Assembly (NCBI GenBank): GCA_963707985.1
Contig: CAVPRW010000042.1
Coordinates: 64,001-128,000, forward strand
Source of the DNA: an uncultured Nitrospinota bacterium
GTDB taxonomy: Bacteria > Tectomicrobia > Entotheonellia > J063 > CAVPRW01
Length of the DNA: 64,000 nt
Reading direction: 5' to 3'
Part shown: positions 53,578 through 64,000 of the stretch, one piece after another
Position numbering within the stretch: position 1 is the first letter of the stretch
Layout of the letters: each line of letters opens with the position of its first letter
Program-made: the position numbers and the translations under genes
The notes under the pieces: model-generated
Database searches by the model: none
Seen by the model: only the letters and a program-made list of their open reading frames with translations
What the model was told of the DNA's origin: nothing

Positions 53578-54452
53578 ATGGAAGGAACGCCTATTCCGAG
53601 GCATTTCATAGACAGTTCAGTGGCGCGTCCGATGCTGTTCGGGACTCGAGCTTATAAACAGTACTTCGCCTCTCACTTTGGCGATCACCCCCGTTACATC
53701 TCTGCCTATGTCCAGATGGAGCTCAAGCGCAGTTACCTGCGCAATGTGGTTGATTTTTACTTCACCCTGCATCTGCCTACGCTCCAAACGATCAACGATG
53801 CCATCAGCTTCTGGAGTAATAAGTTCAGAACCAGCGAGCTCAAGGCTGTTCTCCAGCTGGTCGCAGATCTGTTTGACCGGGCAGCGTCTTGACTTCACAC
53901 GCCCGCGGGACAAAGCGACAGCTCTCCACATACTGGGGGTTTACATCAGACGAGTTCGAACTCAAAGTGCGAGGCACGTTCACAGATATCGGCAAGGACT
54001 CCACCCGTTGTGCACGGGCCGCTGTGCCTTTCACGGTCGAGTTAGAGAACATGGCCGCAGGGTTGAAACAGTTCGTGGAAGCCTTTAACGACGTGGAAGC
54101 CTGCCGAGCGAGGTGCCGTATCGACCATTTCCTCCTCAATCGCTATCGGTCAGAGGTTGAAGCATACATCGAGCAGGCCTCCCACCTACCGAACAATACA
54201 AACACCCGTGGGTTCATCGCCATTGGTGAAAACCTGGGAGAAATTCTAGAGAGGGGTGCTACAGCATGTTCCTGTAGACGGTGTGAGCGCATCGGCGATG
54301 CCGTCATTGCCCTAGACGCACCGCGTAAGATGCAGTTAGAGCATACCGATCATTCGTTTAATCATCTGTGTCCCCCCATCGATCAACCCCATCAACAGCA
54401 TCCCTCGGAAACGCAGGTCGTCCGCACCAATCCCTCGGTTCGCGACCACTGA
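53578..54452 (+). CDS. PIN-like protein with large Cys-rich insertion (two frameshifts near 53880 and 53950)
   Basis: HFIDSSV, VQMELKR, IGDAVIA, HTDHSF give PIN-type acidic residues; RC, CRARC, CSCRRC between them. Confidence 0.55.
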
Positions 54453-54504
54453 GTACCAGGCATCTCATACATCGCAGCAGTAGCGTTCATGGCCAATATG
54501 TCTG

Positions 54505-55854
54505 CTAGAAACCCTTGATACCTTTAGTAGTTCTCAAGCCGGGAGGTTCCCCAAACGCCATCCAACGAGCAAACGCTCGGCGCTCCCTCTCGAGTGCATG
54601 ACCTCCCGACGAGAAAATGAGCTGTTCAAGCGCCAACAAGTTGACAGGACGGAGGATGACCTGGGCTCGACGGTTTCCATGGACCGGATCCCGGATGTCA
54701 ATCCTCGCTTCCTGGGCCTCTGGCTGGACCGTTGGGTAGAGGATGGCCGCACTCCCTCCGACATCTCGACTCAACGCATAGACCGCCAGTTGATACAGCA
54801 TGTCCGAAGGCAATGGCCTGGCCCAGAGATCCCGATATTTCGCATCTAGGATTGACACCACGGTTGCGCCCTTCAAAATCACATAGTCCGGTCGCGGTTC
54901 CGGTGGTCGTCGGTTCCAGGGATTATAGCCAGGAACGTAGGCCAGCATGCCCTTCAATCGATACTCGTCTCGGATGGCATACTCCAGTAAGTTCTCGCGC
55001 AAAAATCGGGAGAGCAGCGCCTGGAACAGGCGATTCATGTCGAAGAGAAATCCCGGCAATTGGTCTGGCGACTGGCCGTCATCTAAGGTGATCCCCGCGC
55101 CCTCTACGAGCAACTCGATCAGGGTGGTCGCTCCGGTGTATACCTTGGTCAATCGGTCCATTTCACGAGATAACCGCTTGAAGAGAGCCTGATCGAGTGC
55201 GATCGGAGAGACCTGCTCCTGCAGCCATCCCGCGAACCGTCGGAGGGTGGCGCGCAATACAAGATCAGTCGTCAGGCGCGCCCCAAGCCTCAAGCCCGCG
55301 AGGAGCACTTGGTTGACCAGACAATCTTCGATCCTGGGATGGGCGATGCAGGGCAGCGTCGTTTGGGTAAGCCCGCCATCGCGGACGATCCGGGAGATAT
55401 CGATGCGCCCTCGCGGGCTTGACAGCTGCTGATCGCGCCGGACATATCGGCGATGTAAGCCCCGCGACAGCAGTTCATTGGCCTCAGCGGCCAACTGATG
55501 GATGAGCACGTCCTGGAATGTCTGAGGTTCGGTGCCGTACCCCACCCAGGAAAACAATTTCAGATGGCGTAGGCCATAGGCATACTGAAATAGGCGTAAT
55601 AGGCACATCATGGGAATTTTGGGGCGGATCGTGATCTGGAGATCCCCAAGCCTGATCCGTCCGACATAGGACGTGGCCCGAAGAGACAAGCCCTGTCGCA
55701 GTTCCACAATGTCCAGCATGCCCGCTGTGGACAACCGAGTTGCCAGCTGTCGAACTCCACGAGCCTCTTCCAAGAACCTCCCAAAGAGCTGGGTGCCCGG
55801 CTCGGGAGCATAGGTTTCCCATTCCACAAGGTCGATGGCCGTTGGATTGGCCAT
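54505..55854 (-). CDS. mcrC: McrC family PD-(D/E)XK nuclease subunit
   Basis: SYVGRI..ITIRPKI, RGRID, FDMNRLF, RPDYV..LDAKYR, YQLAVYA; start overlaps mcrB stop. Confidence 0.9.
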   Translation of the reverse strand: MANPTAIDLVEWETYAPEPGTQLFGRFLEEARGVRQLATRLSTAGMLDIVELRQGLSLRATSYVGRIRLGDLQITIRPKIPMMCLLRLFQYAYGLRHLKLFSWVGYGTEPQTFQDVLIHQLAAEANELLSRGLHRRYVRRDQQLSSPRGRIDISRIVRDGGLTQTTLPCIAHPRIEDCLVNQVLLAGLRLGARLTTDLVLRATLRRFAGWLQEQVSPIALDQALFKRLSREMDRLTKVYTGATTLIELLVEGAGITLDDGQSPDQLPGFLFDMNRLFQALLSRFLRENLLEYAIRDEYRLKGMLAYVPGYNPWNRRPPEPRPDYVILKGATVVSILDAKYRDLWARPLPSDMLYQLAVYALSRDVGGSAAILYPTVQPEAQEARIDIRDPVHGNRRAQVILRPVNLLALEQLIFSSGGHALERERRAFARWMAFGEPPGLRTTKGIKGF

Positions 55855-58149
55855 CACGTGCCCTCACCCTCGGCCTCGTCGACTGGGGCGTCGTCGTCTT
55901 CTGCGGATGACATCACCTCAGAGGCGATTGCTGGCCGCGTGGTCGCGATCTCTGGACAGGGGGCTAACAACGCCTGCACGAGATCATCCTGTCGCGGGTC
56001 CTCGAACAGCTCAGACCGCATCTGCTGCGCATGGATATCCACGAGCCCCTGGCCGAGGATACTCTCAAGGGCGGCATAGTCCTCGTAGCAGTATTCCTCC
56101 AACAATGGGATGATCTCCTCCTGGATGACTTTCGCGAGCTTTGGAACATCCGTCAGGGGGCGGCCTCCTTCCAGCAGATAGGCATGGCCGATCTGGAGGT
56201 TGCGAGCATCGCGGCCAATATGGTCACAGATTCGACGATTCAGCGCATCCAGCCAAGGCCCCAACGGAATGCCGCCCACGACGGCATCGCCCAACACCGA
56301 GCTATCCGGCATGAGCTCGATGAAGCCAAAGCGGCGTCGGAGCGCCGTATCCAGCAGGGCAATCGAGCGATCGGCGGTATTCATCGTGCCAAGGAGGTAC
56401 ACATTCTCGGGGACCTGAAAGCGTTCCCCAGTCAACGGCATGAGCATCGATAGGCCGCGTTTGTTCTTTTCCAGTACGGTCAGCAGTTCGCCGAAAATTC
56501 TCGGGATGTCTCCACGATTGATCTCATCGATGATCAAATAGAACTTGTGCTCGGGCTTCGCCGCAGCATCCCGGCAGAGTCGTTTAAAGATCCCATCTCG
56601 CTGCAGAAAGATCATGTGGCCATCGACCACGACGGGACGATACCCTTCGAGAAAATCCTCATACCCGTATCCCGGATGGAAACAGCACATCCGCACCACA
56701 CCCTCCGCACCATGACCATCTCCACACACAAAGGCCCTCTGATCGGTGCTGAGGTGCTCAAACGTGGTGCCAAAGACTCGAGCGGGCGGCTAGTTCCCGG
56801 GCGGTGAACTCCGCCCAATGGGTTTTCCCCGTGCCCGGCGGGCCATAGAGAATGACTTGTCCTTTGCGTTCGAGAATGGATTGGATGCGTCCAGGCAGAC
56901 CGTTGAGGCGAGAGGCAGGCAGTGACGGCTTCGGGATAGGTTGCGTTAGGGAAACGTCAAGGAGCTGGCTTTCAATCGCGATGAGGTTGCGCACATCGTG
57001 CTTGACTTCGTACACGGTCGTCCGGAGGCCTTCGGGGGTGGGCAGACGCCATTCGGCGAGCGAGCGCCATTCGACCGCGCGGCGATGCGGAAAATCGGAG
57101 GAGGGCTCATAGGTATATCCCCCGATCACTGTGCCCATACCAAGCACATTCGACCCATCCGAGGCTAAGACCACGTCCCCTTCGGCAATCACCTCCACGA
57201 ACCGAAACACTTCTTGCGTCTTCCTCCCCGCGAGCTGGGGGTTGTCTGGATAATACGTGTCGACCATCGATTTCCTCAGAGCCTCCCGCAATGCCTGGTT
57301 GGTGGTGTAGACGGAGAGATCTCCCAACTCGGGCCACCCAATCGCGACGCAACTCCCGTCGCGCATCAAGCCCCAGCGGTTCCGAGGCTGCGTCCCATCA
57401 CTCGTGCCAATACGCCAATAGTGATAGGGACGTCCATGCCTGAAATTCAGGATCGTGGTCAAACTGTTGAGCGGAATGCCCAGCTCATGGGCGATGGCCA
57501 CATAGCGACCGGCGACGATGTAGCGCCCCTCGCCTTCAGGAGGGATCTGGAGGAGTTTGATCAGATGAAAGCGTTGGTAGTCGGGACTGTGGTAATCATC
57601 CAGTTTGTCCGGATAGAGCAGGCTGAAATACTTATGGCCCCAGGCGAGGTCGCTCACATCCGGAGCGCGCCCGTCCATCTGCTCCTGCAGCACCCGATAG
57701 TCAGTGTCGGTTCCGTTGGTCGGCAGTTGCTCGAGGAGGTGGGTGCCCAGGATGAGTTGATCACGATGTTTTCTGGCATACTCGATGGCTTCTTCGAGCG
57801 AGATCTCCCGCTGATCCAGGGTCGTGCCCGTCGTCCAGGCCCCGGTTTCTTTGCGCCGATAGATCCCAAACTTCAAGGCGCTCCCACCGGCGATGCTCCC
57901 GAAGCGCGCTGGGAATTCTTCATCGTTCTTAAACTCGAGCCAGTAGACGAGGCTGTCGTGATTCCCATGGTCGTGCATCAGTTCGAGGAGGGCTTCCCCG
58001 TCGATGCTTTTCAGCTGATCCGGGCCGAAACGCTTTCGAAATGTCTCGTAATACCCCTCCAATTGGGTTTTCGAGAGCAGTTTCCCTTCGTTATTGAGCG
58101 TGGTATACAGCGCTTTGAGTTCCTGCGCTATGCGCTCGCCAAGCACCAT
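55854..58149 (-). CDS. mcrB: McrB family AAA+ GTPase with extended N-terminal recognition region, frameshifted near 56730-56780
   Basis: [33 protein letters not shown] signature, ALRRRF. Confidence 0.9.
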
Positions 58150-58243
58150 GATTGCCCCTCCAATGCCACGAAGGTTCGCCACTCGCACATGCCATCGTTC
58201 GTGGCCACCTATCTATCCCGATCACCAAAAACGGCTTGGAGTC

Positions 58244-58777
58244 TCACGGCCCAGGATCATCGTCCAGGAGGAGTTGTCGCTGCATGGGTGTTTCAACAGC
58301 GCGTGGGATATAACGGCGGACCCAGGCGATCGCAGCCTCTCCAGGCACGTCTAGGAGGCGCATAGCCACGGCAGCGGCGACCAGTCCTGTCCGTCCAATC
58401 CCGGCGTAGCAATGGATCGCCAGATGCTGGCCCGCCTGGGCATGCTGGATGATGGATGTGACGGTCTCTTCGAGCTGGTCTCTCAAAGGGACGCCGCCGT
58501 CGGGAATCGGCAGATGCAAGACCTGGAATCCTTCCTGCCGGTAAAGCCCCGGTAAATCCCGTCCTGTCATGGTGAGACACTCGTCCGCCTCGGCTAGCAG
58601 CACAATAATGGTAATTTCTTGCTGTCGAATTTCCTGCAGGACCCGGCCCTCGGGGTCATAAGGGCTATAGGGCATAGAGCAGCGAAAGATTCGACCTGGT
58701 AAGCCCATAGGCAATTCGGTGAGCAACCTTGGCTGAGAGTTGCGACGCGCTGTCAACGACGATTCTGGATCGGCCAT
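58244..58777 (-). CDS. Cys-dependent dual-specificity / tyrosine phosphatase family protein
   Basis: HLPIPDGGVP general-acid loop, HCYAGIGRT (CX5R), AVETPMQ. Confidence 0.88.
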   Translation of the reverse strand: MADPESSLTARRNSQPRLLTELPMGLPGRIFRCSMPYSPYDPEGRVLQEIRQQEITIIVLLAEADECLTMTGRDLPGLYRQEGFQVLHLPIPDGGVPLRDQLEETVTSIIQHAQAGQHLAIHCYAGIGRTGLVAAAVAMRLLDVPGEAAIAWVRRYIPRAVETPMQRQLLLDDDPGP

Positions 58778-58794
58778 CGCTCCTCCACCACCAA

Positions 58795-59931
58795 TTATGA
58801 GGCTCTCACTTCTTGAATGACCCAGTCGAGCGCCGCCAGAAACTGGCCGAGCACTGCCTCGTCCTTCAAGACGGACAGCGGGATACGCGGGCGTCGCGTG
58901 ATCCCGTCGGAGGGGATCTTGACCCCCGGAACGGTGTTGAGGCGGTGGAGCAATTCCAGGCGCTTTGCGTCGGCGGTGAAGGGAGGTTTCGTCTGCATCA
59001 TCTGGAACTGCACGACAAGGCGTCCAGAGGTCCACACCGAGATTAGCCAGTAGGTGGTGCCGCGGTCATCGAGCATGGGGAAAAACGAGCCATCTAATTG
59101 GCCCTTTCCCCACCAGATGCGGAGCTGGTTGCTCTCCGCCCACTCCAGAATCTTATGCGCTACATGGACCTCCTCCATGCCTCGCCTCGATTGTAATTCC
59201 TGGAGGAACGAGGCGACATCCCACTGTCGACCGCCACGAGACGGCTCCGCCTTCTTGCGCTGCGCTTCTACAGTTTGGCCGATGACCGTGGGTACAAGGG
59301 CCTTAAGGCCCTGGCCTGTATATTGTCGAATCTCGATCCCTAAGACCTCGGCCGGATCCATCTGCGCATTCAGAAATTCGATGATCCGTCTGAGCTCCGA
59401 TGGAATCTCATCAGCCACAAAGAGCAGGCGGACCCGCCCCGCTTGTAGGTTGGTTTTCACTCGCTGCCAGAAGACCTCAGGCGAGATATCGGCTCCAAGA
59501 AAATCTAGCAACACTTCTTCGGCATCACGCCCCTGCGCCTGGCAGGTCACTTCAAACCGGGTGCGGATCTGTTCCATTGGCCAGTACACCACGGCATTGG
59601 CGGCATAGTCAAGCATCTGGCCGACGACTTCGCGTCGCAGGCGGGTATCAGTGCTGCGCTTGACCTCCACCAGGGTGGGGGTCCCCTCCTGATCAAGGAA
59701 AACATGATCGACCGCCCAACGGCCGACCCCGTCGTCATTCGATGGTATGGGTGCCTCCCGTGTGATCAACAACCAGCGTCTCGGCACCTCCCGATCGATC
59801 TGATCTCCAGGCAGGAGACTCGGGTAGGTGGCTAGTAATTCTTGCAGCAAGGCCTCGGAGTCATAAGCCTGAGCTTTCATGTCGACCAGTTGGCCGTTAT
59901 CCTGCAGGAGATAAATGCCGCCTTGCATCAT
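58795..59931 (-). CDS. NucS/DUF91-like PD-(D/E)XK nuclease with C-terminal accessory domain
   Basis: EALLQELL, VDHVFLDQEGTPTLVEVKR, VVGQMLDYA (QxxxY). Confidence 0.75.
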   Translation of the reverse strand: MMQGGIYLLQDNGQLVDMKAQAYDSEALLQELLATYPSLLPGDQIDREVPRRWLLITREAPIPSNDDGVGRWAVDHVFLDQEGTPTLVEVKRSTDTRLRREVVGQMLDYAANAVVYWPMEQIRTRFEVTCQAQGRDAEEVLLDFLGADISPEVFWQRVKTNLQAGRVRLLFVADEIPSELRRIIEFLNAQMDPAEVLGIEIRQYTGQGLKALVPTVIGQTVEAQRKKAEPSRGGRQWDVASFLQELQSRRGMEEVHVAHKILEWAESNQLRIWWGKGQLDGSFFPMLDDRGTTYWLISVWTSGRLVVQFQMMQTKPPFTADAKRLELLHRLNTVPGVKIPSDGITRRPRIPLSVLKDEAVLGQFLAALDWVIQEVRAS

Positions 59932-60046
59932 GGTTATTTTTACTCCATGTTCGCCCTTTCGAGGAGGCAGGGGGACCAGAGGATTTCCTCATGCTGGCCT
60001 ACTACTGAATCCGGCAAGAAGCACTTCTCTGTCGTTCGCGGAACAA

Positions 60047-63000
60047 TCACAGGGGATTTTCATCGGGCGACAAACCAGCCTCACGGTAATCAGCTTCGCT
60101 TAAAGGCTCACCGCGAATCGCTTCGAGCCAAGCCGTGAGATATGGATCCCCCCAGGTCAGGAGGCGAACGCCTTCCGTCGCCTGAACACCTTCGCCTTCG
60201 TCCCCCTCAGCACGTGCGGTGGGCGGATGGCGATCGGCCAGCTCGCCGCTGAACGTGGCCAGGATCTCTTCCGTAGCCTCGATACCCAGATGAGCGGGCG
60301 CATCAGCCCAGGTGATCGCCAGGCATCCCTGTGTGCCCACCCGGCTAGCTGTGGCCATACCGGGCTCCGGCACACAGAGAATCCGCATTCCTGGCGCCGG
60401 ATGCGCCAGGCACCAGGCGGCGAGCTGCTCTTGCGTGACCAGGGCAGGATCGACTCCCTCCGGGATGGTATTTCCCACGTCCTGACGAACACACTCCTCC
60501 AGCGCAGCAATCGCGACGCGCGGCTTTTCCCTGGCCGCTTCGTCGAGCAGGCGACGTGCTTCCGCCAACTCGATCTCGCCCCGCGCCAGCCGCCGAAAGA
60601 TGCGCGGCATCTCGGCCAGGATGGGCTGCAGCGGCCCGACGACTTCCTCGAAGAGGCCGATGCGGCGCTTGAGGGTGTCATAGGTGTCCTCTTCGATGGT
60701 GCCTTCCATATAGAGGTTGAGGATTTTCACGGCGGGCGCTTCCTGGCCAATGCGGTCAATGCGGCCGATGCGCTGCTCGACCCGCATCGGATTCCACGGC
60801 AGGTCGTAATTGATGAGCGCAGAGAACTGCTGTAGGTTGAGCCCTTCCGAGGCGGCATCGGTCCCCAGCAGGATAGTAATCGCTTGCGGATGATCACGCT
60901 CGGATCGGGCCTTCACTTCGGCCTTCTCCACCACCCGCCATCGGTTCGAGGTCGGCATCCCACACTTCGCCACCACGGCCCGAATAGCAGGCCAGCCGAT
61001 TCCCATAGCGCGCGACCAGTCGATCCCGAATAAAGTCGAGCGTATCGAGGTACTGTGTGAAGATGATGACGCGGTGCCCGTCAGCCACCATTCGGTTCAA
61101 TTGCTCCTGGAACACCTCGAACTTGCTGTCTACGGCGATTTGGCCGAGCGCAGTGATGTAATCCTGCAGGTAGAGTCGCTCTTGCTCCAGCCGCTCGCGT
61201 CGACGAGGGTCATGGTACCAACGCAGCAGACGTTGCCGCTCCCGGTCGATGACGAGGCTGACATCCGTCTCGTCGTCCTCCTCCTCGTCTTCCTCGAAGA
61301 TGTGCTGCTGCTGGAGGCGCTCGTCGACGTCGGATAAGTCTCGTTGGATGGCGGCAATGAGGTCGCGCCGGCGTTCGAGGCTTTTGTGGAAGGCGGCGAA
61401 GGAGCTGGCCAATCGCTTGCGGAAGACGGCCATCAGAAACCCAACGCCGCTCCGTTCGTCGGGCTGGAGATCGGCCAGCCGGTAAAACTGACTGCACAGC
61501 TCGTCGATGCGACGGTACAGCCTGCGCTCGGTCTCGGTCCGAAAGGTGACCGGGGCGTCTTCTGGGTTCCGAGTGGCTAATCCCCGAACGAGGCCACGCT
61601 CTTGATAGGCGCGCAGGGTCGCGCGCGTCGAGCGAAACATATACACGGCCAGCGGCGACTGTCGAGCCAGATACGGACTTATCGCCTCGGCCTGGTGGCC
61701 CGTCATCTGCTGCAACGCCAGCGTGAGCCCTGGGGTATGACCATTGACCTTGGCGACGAAGGCCTTCCAGGCGAATGGTGACCAGTGCTGGGGCACCTGG
61801 GCGTCATGCAGCTCTGGGGCGCCATGGTCGACGGCGAGACGCGTCATGGTCATCACTTCCGTACGGGCCTGCCGATCACGCGGGAACGCCTGCAGTCGCG
61901 CAAAGAAACCCTGAAAGCCCTGGACGTCACGCCAGCGCTGCCAGGAGGGATCGTCCAGGCCGCAGAGCAACAGCAGATCGTGCACCTCATGGGCCTCGAT
62001 CTGCATGGGGGTCGCCGTCAGCAACCAGAGGCTGCGGTAGCGGTACTGAGCCCGCAACCCTTGCAGCAAGGTCAGCAGCAGGGTGGGGCTTTCCTCGCCG
62101 AAGACGCGCCGCCGAGCCGCATGGGCTTCGTCCACGATCACGACATCCCAGGGGTGATGAGCCCCGACCACGTCGGGAATGCGCTCGCTCCGGGCGACCA
62201 GGTGGCGCGAGACGATGACGATGCCGTCTTCCTCCCACGGATGCTCCGTCCATCGCACCCGTCCTGCGACGTCGTGCAGGCATTGCCCATCGAAGAACCA
62301 GGCGGTGAGGGCGAATTTTTCCCGCAATTCCTCCATCCACTGCCGGATCAGGCTTCGCGGCGCGATGATCAAGGCCCGCTGTACTTCACCTGTCAAGATG
62401 AGCGAGCGCAGGGCCAGCCCGGCCTCGATGGTCTTTCCCAGGCCCACCTCGTCACAGAAGAGAAACGATTTCGGGAAGTCGGCGACGACGCGCCGGAACA
62501 CCTGGGCCTGATGCGGGAATGGCCTGAGCGGTTTACCGTCAGCCCAGAGAGGATCGAGGACGAGGCGCTCACCGCCCGGCCGTGTGGGCGCGCCCAGGAG
62601 CCACTGCGCGGCAAGGCGATCCCTGAGCGACGACGGACGTCGTGTCAGCGCGATTTCCATCGGGTCCTGATCAGGTGGGCCTTCGAGGGGCTCGAAGGCC
62701 CGCAGATGGTCGTGAACCGCTTGTGGGAGCGGCAGCACCAGGAGCCCAGGGTCACGCCCGCTCCAGATCTGCTCGAATTCCTCGATCTCAAAGCGAATAT
62801 CCTCGGCATCCTGCTCCGAGTACCAGGAGCGTTTGACCTCGAACTTTTCTCGGTTGCGAGTCCAGGCGGCGCCGGTCTCGTTCACGGAACCCTGAAAGGC
62901 GACCATGTCACCATTGGGGTCGTAGAGGATGCCGGCCTTGGGATGGTAGAGCGCGCCATGCCGCCCTGGATAGTATGGGCGGCCCGCATGATCGAGCGGC

Positions 63001-63455
63001 AGGGCTATCCTCACTTCGAGCAAACCAGCCGCCACCAACCAAGCGAGGGCGCCGAGTCGATGGCGGGCGATGTGGTCTTCTTGAGGACGCCAACCGGATG
63101 GGAGACCGAGGCGGATGCAGTCGTCGTCGGTAGGCTCGAAATGGCGTACCAGAGTCTGGTTCAGGCTCTCCTGCAGAGCCTCGATGCCGCGCTGATAGGC
63201 GGCGCGATCTTCGGGACTCCAGGTCGCACCCGTGATGACACGCATGCGCGTCTGCAGCCCGGGGAAGTCGCGCGCACGGCGGATGAAGGCCGCCAGCCCG
63301 GCCGCCAACTGCACCAGGCTCGCCGAATCGAAGTAGCCGGCCTGTCGGTCATACCGGACGGCCTGGCTGAGGACGGGGAGATAGAAGTCGTTGACGAGTT
63401 GACTGGCCTGGCCAGCATAGCGCCGACGCAGGCCGGTGAGATCGCGGAAGCCCAT
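60047..63455 (-). CDS. PLD-nuclease domain + SNF2-family helicase, frameshifted near 60950
   Basis: AGYFDS, HPKAGILYD..GSVNET (HKD); DEVGLGKT, DEAH, LTATP, SEGLNLQ, PWNPMRVEQRIGRIDRIGQ. Confidence 0.9.
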
Positions 63456-63460
63456 GAGGC

Positions 63461-64000
63461 TCAGAACCGCCACGACTGCAGGACCAGATCCCAGGCGCGT
63501 CGAGCCTGGTGGGTCGCAGCCTGCCAGGGGTCATCCTCCCGGCGCTGTCGGAAGGCGGCTTCCAGCAGGTGCAGCGTGACCGCGAAGGCGCCCCGAAACT
63601 CGCGGTTGCTGCCGTAGCCCGACTCCTGCAGCCAGCGCCGCAGGGCCTCGGGACCTCGCGGACCGCCGTCCGTGCCGGTCATCAACGCCATGGCATTCCA
63701 CACAGCGGCTCCGATGAACCGCGGGAAGACGCGCTCCTCCCAGACGTCTGCCTCGCGTGCGGCAGGACCACGCAGCCCCTCTTCACCACGCAGGCGGCGT
63801 GACAACAGGCGCAGGTCCACCGCCATGGGATCGCGCAGCACGAAGGTGTCTTTCTCGGTGTCGAGCAGGCCAAGACGCTTGAAGGTGTCGGGATCGACAT
63901 TGAGGGATTTGGCGAGCTTGCGAACGTCGTCGCTGTGGGCGATGTCACCCTGGAAGGTATCGAGCCAGAGCCACAGCGTTTGGGTGTCGCGGTCCACGGC
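63461..64000 (-). CDS. C-terminus of probable DUF1156 adenine methyltransferase (partial, runs off window)
   Basis: D..T..WLW..F......DDVRKLAKSL pattern and position directly upstream of PLD-SNF2; catalytic motifs lie outside the window. Confidence 0.5.
   Translation of the reverse strand, partial: AVDRDTQTLWLWLDTFQGDIAHSDDVRKLAKSLNVDPDTFKRLGLLDTEKDTFVLRDPMAVDLRLLSRRLRGEEGLRGPAAREADVWEERVFPRFIGAAVWNAMALMTGTDGGPRGPEALRRWLQESGYGSNREFRGAFAVTLHLLEAAFRQRREDDPWQAATHQARRAWDLVLQSWRF

Noticed and set aside
57214..58365. 383-aa plus-strand ORF
   Set aside because: Antisense to mcrB, with no motifs or RBS.
61785..63617. 610-aa plus-strand ORF
   Set aside because: Antisense shadow of the GC-rich PLD-SNF2 gene; no recognisable motifs.

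Overview
A GC-rich bacterial chromosomal window with an LPS-type envelope (kdsB-pyrG-kdsA). Gene content (paired family III CoA-transferases, LLM oxidoreductase, Uma2, DUF4058, IS1634) is reminiscent of Candidatus Tectomicrobia-like environmental bacteria, but that is an inference. About 1-46 kb is mostly housekeeping and catabolic genes: hisS, a tartrate/malate-dehydrogenase family enzyme with a hot-dog dehydratase and two CoA-transferases, an HpaB-like flavoenzyme, HtrA, a TetR-controlled MexEF-OprN-like pump, a 2-oxoacid dehydrogenase operon, kdsB-pyrG-kdsA and ggt. This part also holds a collapsed type I restriction-modification relic and a promoter-driven structured intergenic RNA candidate. 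From about 46 kb on is an accessory/defence island. It has a ~5 kb segment bracketed by two diverged copies of the ggt 3' end, STAND-ATPase fragments split by IS1634, an attC-like site and a degenerate IS5. It then has an uncharacterised tightly coupled three-gene operon ending in a Cys-rich PIN-like protein (the best candidate for a new system), converging on a DUF1156-like / PLD-SNF2 / NucS-like / phosphatase / McrBC operon. Many genes at 17-31 kb and several later ones carry frameshifts that look like read or assembly indels. All family calls come from motif recognition by eye; no searches were run.
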